Shown here: positions 52,901 through 64,000 of the stretch, piece by piece
Position numbering within the stretch: the first letter of the stretch is position 1
Layout of the letters: each line of letters starts with the position of its first letter
Assembly: GCA_964016885.1 (NCBI GenBank)
Contig: OZ024741.1
Location: 331,576,001-331,640,000 of the forward strand
Direction: 5' to 3'
DNA: 64,000 nt
DNA from: Eledone cirrhosa
Taxonomy: Eukaryota
Notes under the pieces: generated by a model
What the model was told of the DNA's origin: nothing
Seen by the model: only the letters and a program-made list of their open reading frames with translations
Database searches by the model: none
Program-made: the position numbers and the translations under genes

Positions 52901-55900
52901 GACAGCAGCAACAATAATAACACCAACAGCAACACCAGTAACAACAACACCAGTAACAACAATAATAACACCAACAGCAACACCAGTAACAACAACACCA
53001 GTAACAACAATAATAACACCAACAGCAACACCAGTAACAACAACACCAGCAGCAACAATAATAACACCAACAGCAACACCAGTAACAACAACACCAGTAA
53101 CAACAATAATAACACCAACAACAACACCAGTAACAACAACACCAGTAACAACAATAATAACACCAACAGCAACACCAGTAACAACAACGACAGCAGCAAC
53201 AATAATAACACCAACAACAACACCAGTAACAACAACACCAGTAACAACAATAATAACACCAACAACAACACCAGTAACAACAACACCAGTAACAACAATA
53301 ATAACACCAACAGCAACACCAGTATCAACAACACCAGTAACAACAATAATAACACCAACAACAACACCAGTAACAACAACACCAGTAACAACAATAATAA
53401 CACCAACAGCAACACCAGTAACAACAACACCAGTAACAACAACACCAACAGCAACACCAGTAACAACAACGACAGCAGCAACAATAATAACACCAACAGC
53501 AACACCAGTAACAACAACACCAGTAACAACAATAATAACACCAACAGCAACACCAGTAACAACAACACCAGTAACAACAATAATAACACCAACAGCAACA
53601 CCAGTAACAACAACACCAGTAACAACAATAACAACACCAACAACAACACCAGTAACAACAACACCAGTAACAACAATAATAACACCAACAGCAACACCAG
53701 TAACAACAACACCAGTAACAACAATAACAACACCAACAACAACACCAGTAACAACAACACCAGTAACAACAATAACAACACCAACAGCAACACCAGTAAC
53801 AACAATAACAACACCAACAACAACACCAGTAACAACAACACCAGTAACAACAATAATAACACCAACAGCAACACCAGTAACAACAACACCAGTAACAACA
53901 ATAACAACACCAACAACAACACCAGTAACAACAACACCAGTAACAACAATAATAACACCAACAGCAACACCAGTAACAACAACACCAGTAACAACAATAA
54001 CAACACCAACAACAACACCAGTAACAACAACACCAGCAGCAACAATAATAACACCAACAGCAACACCAGTAACAACAACACCAGTAACAACAATAATAAC
54101 ACCAACAGCAACACCAGTAACAACAACGACAGCAGCAACAATAATAACACCAACAACAACACCAGTAACAACAACACCAGCAGCAACAATAATAACACCA
54201 ACAACAACACCAGTAACAACAACACCAGTAACAACAATAATAACACCAACAGCAACACCAGTAACAACAACACCAGTAACAACAATAATAACACCAACAG
54301 CAACACCAGTAACAACAACACCAGCAGCAACAATAATAACACCAACAGCAACACCAGTAACAACAACACCAGTAACAACAATAATAACACCAACAGCAAC
54401 ACCAGTAACAACAACACCAGTAACAACAATAACAACACCAACAACAACACCAGTAACAACAACACCAGTAACAACAATAATAACACCAACAGCAACACCA
54501 GTAACAACAACACCAGTAACAACAATAACAACACCAACAACAACACCAGTAACAACAACACCAGTAACAACAATAATAACACCAACAGCAACACCAGTAA
54601 CAACAACACCAGTAACAACAATAACAACACCAACAACAACACCAGTAACAACAACACCAGTAACAACAATAATAACACCAACAGCAACACCAGTAACAAC
54701 AACACCAGTAACAACAATAATAACACCAACAGCAACACCAGTAACAACAACACCAGTAACAACAATAACAACACCAACAACAACACCAGTAACAACAACA
54801 CCAGTAACAACAATAATAACACCAACAGCAACACCAGTAACAACAACACCAGTAACAACAATAATAACACCAACAGCAACACCAGTAACAACAACACCAG
54901 TAACAACAATAACAACACCAACAACAACACCAGTAACAACAACACCAGTAACAACAATAATAACACCAACAGCAACACCAGTAACAACAACACCAGTAAC
55001 AACAATAACAACACCAACAACAACACCAGTAACAACAACACCAGTAACAACAATAATAACACCAACAGCAACACCAGTAACAACAACACCAGCAGCAACA
55101 ATAATAACACCAACAACAACACCAGTAACAACAACACCAGTAACAACAATAATAACACCAACAGCAACACCAGTAACAACAACACCAGTAACAACAATAA
55201 TAACACCAACAGCAACACCAGTAACAACAACACCAGCAACAACAATAATAACACCAACAGCAACACCAGTAACAACAACACCAGTAACAACAATAATAAC
55301 ACCAACAGCAACACCAGTAACAACAACACCAGCAGCAACAATAATAACACCAACAGCAACACCAGTAACAAAAACACCAGCAGCAACAATAATAACACCA
55401 ACAGCAACACCAGTAACAACAACACCAGCAGCAACAATAATAACACCAACAGCAACACCAGTAACAACAACACCAGTAACAACAATAATAACACCAACAG
55501 CAACACCAGTAACAACAACACCAGCAGCAACAATAATAACACCAACAGCAACACCAGTAACAACAACGACAGCAGCAACAATAATAACACCAACAGCAAC
55601 ACCAGTAACAACAACACCAGCAGCAACAATAATAACACCAACAGCAACACCAGTAACAACAACACCAGCAGCAACAATAATAACACCAACAGCAACACCA
55701 GTAACAACAACGACAGCAGCAACAATAATAACACCAACAGCAACACCAGTAACAACAACACCAGCAGCAACAATAATAACACCAACAGCAACACCAGTAA
55801 CAACAACGACAGCAGCAACAATAATAACACCAACAGCAACACCAGTAACAACAACACCAGCAGCAACAATAATAACACCAACAGCAACACCAGTAACAAC

Positions 55901-58900
55901 AACACCAGCAGCAACAATAATAACACCAACAGCAACACCAGTAACAACAACGACAGCAGCAACAATAATAACACCAACAGCAACACCAGTAACAACAACA
56001 CCAGCAGCAACAATAATAACACCAACAGCAACACCAGTAACAACAACGACAGCAGCAACAATAATAACACCAACAGCAACACCAGTAACAACAACGACAG
56101 CAGCAACAATAATAACACCAACAGCAACACCAGTAACAACAACACCAGCAGCAACAATAATAACATCAACAGCAACACCAGTAACAACAACACCAGCAGC
56201 AACAATAATAACACCAACAGCAACACCAGTAACAACAACACCAGCAGCAACAATAATAACACCAACAGCAACACCAGTAACAACAACGACAGCAGCAACA
56301 ATAATAACACCAACAGCAACACCAGTAACAACAACGACAGCAGCAACAATAATAACACCAACAGCAACACCAGTAACAACAACACCAGCAGCAACAATAA
56401 TAACATCAACAGCAACACCAGTAACAACAACACCAGCAGCAACAATAATAACACCAACAGCAACACCAGTAACAACAACACCAGTAACAACAATAATAAC
56501 AGCAAAAGCAACACCAGTAACAACAACACCAGTAACAACAATAATAACATCAACAGCAACACCAGTAACAACAACGACAGCAGCAACAATAATAACACCA
56601 ACAGCAACACCAGTAACAACAACACCAGCAGCAACAATAATAACACCAACAGCAACACCAGTAACAACAACACCAGTAACAACAATAATAACAGCAAAAG
56701 CAACACCAGTAACAACAACACCAGTAACAACAATAATAACACCAACAGCAACACCAGTAACAACAACGACAGCTGCAACAATAATAACACCAACAGCAAC
56801 ACCAGTAACAACAACACCAGCAGCAACAATAATAACATCAACAGCAACACCAGTAACAACAACACCAGCAGCAACAATAATAACACCAACAGCAACACCA
56901 GTAACAACAACACCAGCAGCAACAATAATAACACCAACAGCAACACCAGTAACAACAACACCAGTAACAACAATAATAACACCAACAGCAACACCAGTAA
57001 CAACAATAATAACACCAACAGCAACACCAGTAACAACAACGACAGCAGCAACAATAATAACACCAACAGCAACACCAGTTACAACAACACCAGTAACAAC
57101 AATAATAACACCAACAGCAACACCAGTAACAACAATAATAACACCAACAGCAACACCAGTAACAACAACGACAGCAGCAACAATAATAACACCAACAGCA
57201 ACACCAGTAACAACAATAATAACACCAACAGCAATACCAGCAGCAACAATAATAACACCAACAGCAACACCAGTAACAACAACGACAGCAGCAACAATAA
57301 TAACACCAACAGCAACACCAGTTACAACAATAATAACACCAACAGCAACACCAGTAACAACAACGACAGCAGCAACAATAATAACACCAACAGCAACACC
57401 AGTAACAACAACACCAGTAACAACAATAATAACACCAACAGCAACACCAGTAACAACAACACCAGTAACAACAATAATAACACCAACAGCAACACCAGTA
57501 ACAACAACACCAGCAGCAACAATAATAACACCAACAGCAACACCAGTAACAACAACACCAGTAACAACAATAATAACACCAACAGCAACACCAGTAACAA
57601 CAACACCAGTAACAACAATAATAACACCAACAGCAACACCAGTAACCACAATAATAACACCAACAGCAACACCAGTAACAACAACACCAGCAACAACAAT
57701 AATAACACCAACAGCAACACCAGTAACAACAACACCAGTAACAACAATAATAACACCAACAGCAACACCAGTAACAACAACACCAGTAACAACAATAATA
57801 ACACCAACAGCCACACCAGTAACAACAACACCAGTAACAACAATAATAACACCAACAGCAACACCAGTAACAACAACACCAGTAACAACAATAATAACAC
57901 CAACAGCAACACCAGTAACAACAACACCAGTAACAACAATAATAACACCAACAACAACACCAGTAACAACAACACCAGTAACAACAATAATAACACCAAC
58001 AGCAACACCAGTAACAACAACACCAGCAGCAACAATAATAACACCAACAGCAACACCAGTAACAACAACGACAGCAGCAACAATAATAACACCAACAGCA
58101 ACACCAGTAACAACAACACCAGTAACAACAATAATAACACCAACAGCAACACCAGTAACAACAACGACAGCAGCAACAATAATAACACCAACAGCAACAC
58201 CAGTAACAACAACACCAGTAACAACAATAATAACACCAACAGCAACACCAGTAACAACAACGACAGCAGCAACAATAATAACACCAACAGCAACACCAGT
58301 AACAACAACACCAGTAACAACAATAATAACACCAACAGCAACACCAGTAACAACAACGACAGCAGCAACAATAATAACACCAACAGCAACATCAGTAACA
58401 ACAACGACAGCAGCAACAATAATAACACCAACAGCAACACCAGTAACAACAACGACAGCAGCAACAATAATAACACCAACAGCAACACCAGTAACAACAA
58501 CACCAGCAGCAACAATAATAACACCAACAGCAACACCAGTAACAACAACGACAGCAGCAACAATAATAACACCAACAGCAACACCAGTAACAACAACGAC
58601 AGCAGCAACAATAATAACACCAACAGCAACACCAGTAACAACAACACCAGCAGCAACAATAATAACACCAACAGCAAAACCAGTAACAACAACACCAGCA
58701 GCAACAATAATAACACCAACAGCAACACCAGTAACAACAACACCAGCAACAACAATAATAACACCAATAGCAACACCAGTAACAATAACACCAGCAGCAA
58801 CAATAATAACACCAACAGCAACACCAGTAACAACAACACCAGTAACAACAATAATAACATCAACAGCAACACCAGTAACAACAACACCAGCAGCAACAAT

Positions 58901-61900
58901 AATAACACCAACAGCAACACCAGTAACAACAACACCAGCAGCAACAATAATAACACCAACAGCAACACCAGTAACAACAACGACAGCAGCAACAATAATA
59001 ACACCAACAGCAACACCAGTAACAACAACACCAGCAGCAACAATAGTAACACCAACAGCAACACCAGTAACAACAACACCAGCAGCAACAATAATAACAC
59101 CAACAGCAACACCAGTAACAACAACACCAGTAACAACAATAATAACATCAACAGCAACACCAGTAACAACAACACCAGCAGCAACAATAGTAACACCAAC
59201 AGCAACACCAGTAACAACAACACCAGCAGCAACAATAATAACACCAACAGCAACACCAGTAACAACAACACCAGTAACAACAATAATAACATCAACAGCA
59301 ACACCAGTAACAACAACACCAGTAACAACAATAATAACACCAACAGCAACACCAGTAACAACAACACCAGTAACAACAATAATAACACCAACAGCAACAC
59401 CAGTAACAACAACACCAGTAACAACAATAATAACATCAACAGCAACACCAGTAACAACAACACCAGCAGCAACAATAGTAACACCAACAGCAACACCAGT
59501 AACAACAACACCAGCAGCAACAATAATAACACCAACAGCAACACCAGTAACAACAACACCAGTAACAACAATAATAACATCAACAGCAACACCAGTAACA
59601 ACAACACCAGTAACAACAATAATAACACCAACAGCAACACCAGTAACAACAACACCAGTAACAACAATAATAACACCAACAGCAACACCAGTAACAACAA
59701 CACCAGTAACAACAATAATAACACCAACAGCAACACCAGTAACAACAACACCAGTAACAACAATAATAACACCAACAGCAACACCAGTAACAACAACACC
59801 AGTAACAACAATTATAACACCAACAGCAACACCAGTAACAACAACACCAGTAACAACAATAATAACACCAACAGCAACACCAGTAACAACAACACCAGTA
59901 ACAACAATAATAACACCAACAGCAACACCAGTAACAACAACACCAGTAACAACAATAATAACACCAACAGCAACACCAGTAACAACAACACCAGTAACAA
60001 CAATAATAACACCAACAGCAACACCAGTAACAACAACACCAGTAACAACAATAATAACATCAACAGCAACACCAGTAACAACAACACCAGCAGCAACAAT
60101 AATAACACCAACAGCAACACCAGTAACAACAACACCAGTAACAACAATAATAACACCAACAGCAACACCAGTAACAACAACACCAACAGCAACAATAATA
60201 ACACCAACAGCAACACCAGTAACAACAACACCAGCAGCAACAATAATAACACCAACAGCAACACCAGTAACAACAACACCAGTAACAACAATAATAACAC
60301 CAACAGCAACACCAGTAACAACAACAACACCAGTAACAACAATAATAACACCAACAGCAACACCAGTAACAACAACAACATCAGCAACAATAATAACACC
60401 AACAGCAACACCAGTAACAACAACACCAGCAGCAACAATAATAACACCAACAGCAACACCAGTAACAACAACAACATCAGCAACAATAATAACACCAACA
60501 GCAACACCAGTAACAACAACACCAGTAACAACAATAATAACACCAACAGCAACACCAGTAACAACAACACCAGTAACAACAATAATAACACCAACAACAA
60601 CACCAGTAACAACAACACCAGCAGCAACAATAATAACACCAACAGCAACACCAGTAACAACAACACCAGCAGCAACAATAATAACACCAACAGCAACACC
60701 AGTAACAACAACACCAGTAACAACAATAATAACACCAACAGCAACACCAGTAACAACAACACCAGTAACAACAATAATAACACCAACAGCAACACCAGTA
60801 ACAACAACACCAGCAGCAACAATAATAACACCAACAGCAACACCAGTAACAACAACACCAGTAACAACAATAATAACACCAACAGCAACACCAGTAACAA
60901 CAACACCAGTAACAGCAATAATAACACCAACAGCAACACCAGTAACAACAACACCAGCAGCAACAATAATAACACCAACAGCAACACCAGTAACAACAAC
61001 ACCAGTAACAACAATAATAACACCAACAGCAACACCAGTAACAACAACACCAGCAACAACAATAATAACACCAACAGCAACACCAGTAACAACAACACCA
61101 GCAGCAACAATAATAACACCAACAGCAACACCAGTAACAACAACAACATCAGCAACAATAATAACACCAACAGCAACACCAGTAACAACAACAACATCAG
61201 CAACAATAATAACACCAACAGCAACACCAGTAACAACAACACCAGCAGCAACAATAACAACACCAACAGCAACACCAGTAACAACAACACCAGCAGCAAC
61301 AATAATAACACCAACAGCAACACCAGTAACAACAACACCAGTAACAACAATAATAACACCAACAGCAACACCAGTAACAACAACACCAGCAACAACAATA
61401 ACAACACCAACAACAACACCAGTAACAACAACACCAGCAACAATAATAACACCAACAGCAACACCAGTAACAACAACACCAGTAACAACAATAATAACAC
61501 CAACAGCAACACCAGTAACAACAACACCAGTAACAACAATAATAACACCAACAGCAACACCAGTAACAACAACACCAGTAACAACAATAATAACACCAAC
61601 AGCAACACCAGTAACAACAACACCAGTAACAACAACACCAGCAGCAACAATAATAACATCAACAGCAACACCAGTAACAACAACACCAACAACAACACCA
61701 GTAACAACAACACCAGCAACAACAATAATAACACCAACAGCAACACCAGTAACAACAACACCAACAACAACACCAGTAACAACAACACCAGCAGCAACAA
61801 TAATAACATCAACAGCAACACCAGTAACAACAACACCAACAACAACACCAGTAACAACAACACCAGCAACAACAATAATAACACCAACAGCAACACCAGT

Positions 61901-64000
61901 AACAACAACACCAACAACAACACCAGTAACAACAACACCAGCAGCAACAATAATAACACCAACAACAACACCAGTAACAACAACACCAGCAGCAACAATA
62001 ATAACACCAACAGCAACACCAGTAACAACAACACCAGCAGCAACAATAATAACACCAACAACAACACCAGTAACAACAACACCAGTAACAACAATAATAA
62101 CACCAACAGCAACACCAGTAACAACAACACCAGTAACAACAACACCAGTAACAACAACACCAGTAACAACAATAATAACACCAACAGCAACACCAGTAAC
62201 AACAACACCAACAACAACACCAGTAACAACAACACCAGCAGCAACAATAATAACACCAACAGCAACACCAGTAACAACAACACCAGTAACAACAACACCA
62301 GCAGCAACAATAATAACATCAACAGCAACACCAGTAACAACAACACCAGTAACAACAACACCAGCAGCAACAATAATAACACCAACAGCAACACCAGTAA
62401 CAACAACACCAGCAGCAACAATAATAACACCAACAGCAACACCAGTAACAACAACACCAGTAACAACAACACCAGTAACAACAATAATAACACCAACAGC
62501 AACACCAGTAACAACAACACCAGCAGCAACAATAATAACACCAACAGCAACACCAGTAACAACAACACCAGCAGCAACAATAATAACACCAACAGCAACA
62601 CCAGTAACAACAACACCAGTAACAACAACACCAGTAACAACAATAATAACACCAACAGCAACACCAGTAACAACAACACCAGCAGCAACAATAATAACAC
62701 CAACAGCAACAACAGTAACAACAACACCAGTAACAACAACACCAGTAACAACAATAATAACACCAACAGCAACACCAGTAACAACAACACCAGCAGCAAC
62801 AATAATAACATCAACAGCAACACCAGTAACAACAACACCAGTAACAACAACACCAGTAACAACAACACCAGTAACAACAATAATAACACCAACAGCAACA
62901 CCAGTAACAACAACGACAGCAGCAACAATAATAACATCAACAGCAACACCAGTAACAACAACACCAGTAACAACAATAATAACACCAACAGCAACACCAG
63001 TAACAACAACACCAACAACAACACCAGTAACAACAACACCAGCAACAACAATAATAACACCAACAGCAACACCAGTAACAACAACACCAGCAGCAACAAT
63101 AATAACATCAACAGCAACACCAGTAACAACAACACCAGTAACAACAATAATAACACCAACAGCAACACCAGTAACAACAACACCAACAACAACACCAGTA
63201 ACAACAACACCAGCAACAACAATAATAACACCAACAGCAACACCAGTAACAACAACACCAACAACAACACCAGTAACAACAACACCAGCAGCAACAATAA
63301 TAACACCAACAGCAACACCAGTAACAACAACACCAACAGCAACACCAGTAACAACAACACCAGCAACAACAATAATAACACCAACAGCAACACCAGTAAC
63401 AACAACACCAGCAGCAACGATAATAACATCAACAGCAACACCAGTAACAACAACACCAGTAACAACAACACCAGTAACAACAATAATAACACCAACAGCA
63501 ACACCAGTAACAACAACGACAGCAGCAACAATAATAACATCAACAGCAACACCAGTAACAACAACACCAGTAACAACAATAATAACACCAACAGCAACAC
63601 CAGTAACAACAACACCAACAACAACACCAGTAACAACAACACCAGCAACAACAATAATAACACCAACAGCAACACCAGTAACAACAACACCAGCAGCAAC
63701 AATAATAACATCAACAGCAACACCAGTAACAACAACACCAGTAACAACAATAATAACACCAACAGCAACACCAGTAACAACAACGACAGCAGCAACAATA
63801 ATAACATCAACAGCAACACCAGTAACAACAACACCAGTAACAACAATAATAACACCAACAGCAACACCAGTAACAACAACACCAACAACAACAACAGTAA
63901 CAACAACACCAGTAACAACAATAATAACACCAACAGCAACACCAGTAACAACAACACCAGCAGCAACAATAATAACATCAACAGCAACACCAGTAACAAC
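34934..64000. repeat. 48-bp tandem array (about 600 units, with 15/33/63-bp length variants) running off the window
   Basis: Consensus ACACCAACAGCAACACCAGTAACAACAACACCAGTAACAACAATAATA. Confidence 0.99.
34956..64000 (+). CDS. Candidate giant Thr/Pro-rich mucin-like (PTS) repeat exon; 5' structure unresolved, 3' end outside window
   Basis: Frame opens after TAG 34953-34955 and no stop was seen to the window end (9,681 codons); repeat TPTATPVTTT[PVT/PAA/PAT/TAA/TAT]TII; phase conservation is confirmed by the five antisense poly-L ORFs all sharing one frame. No start codon, signal peptide or good splice acceptor at the 5' edge. Confidence 0.45.

Noticed and set aside
34949-57814. 7,621-aa Val/Gly/Ile ORF on the - strand
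   Set aside because: Antisense shadow of the A/C-rich repeat; its start is only an incidental GTG and the product would be uniformly hydrophobic. Not formally excluded, since the frame stops exactly at the array edge and stays open toward the window end; strand-specific RNA would settle it.
34921-63999. Poly-Leu/Val ORFs on the - strand
   Set aside because: Same repeat in another frame, broken by stops at synonymous + strand changes; useful only as proof of phase conservation.

Overview
Eukaryotic, AT-rich, repeat-saturated DNA. Repeat types and microsatellite load resemble a cephalopod (octopus-like) genome; this is inference. No recognisable host protein-coding exon was found in 1-34.9 kb. 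The first 27.8 kb is a mosaic of microsatellites, two tRNA-derived SINE groups (one in a 195-bp tandem array), decayed RTE and CR1/L2-type LINEs, a mariner derivative, piggyBac-type MITEs and a probable non-autonomous Helitron. Several fold-back inserts sit in (TA)n tracts, and three mutually unrelated ones carry type I hammerhead ribozyme folds (6455-6498, 8755-8901, 20790-20854). 27.8-34.3 kb is a 14/12-bp satellite that switches to a 26-bp dimer, followed by a short spacer holding a Tc2/pogo-type MITE. 34.95-64 kb is a 48-bp tandem array whose + frame is stop-free for at least 9,681 codons and encodes a Thr/Pro mucin-like repeat (TPTATPVTTTPVTTII). The ORF track misses this frame; whether it is coding or a satellite cannot be decided from this window.
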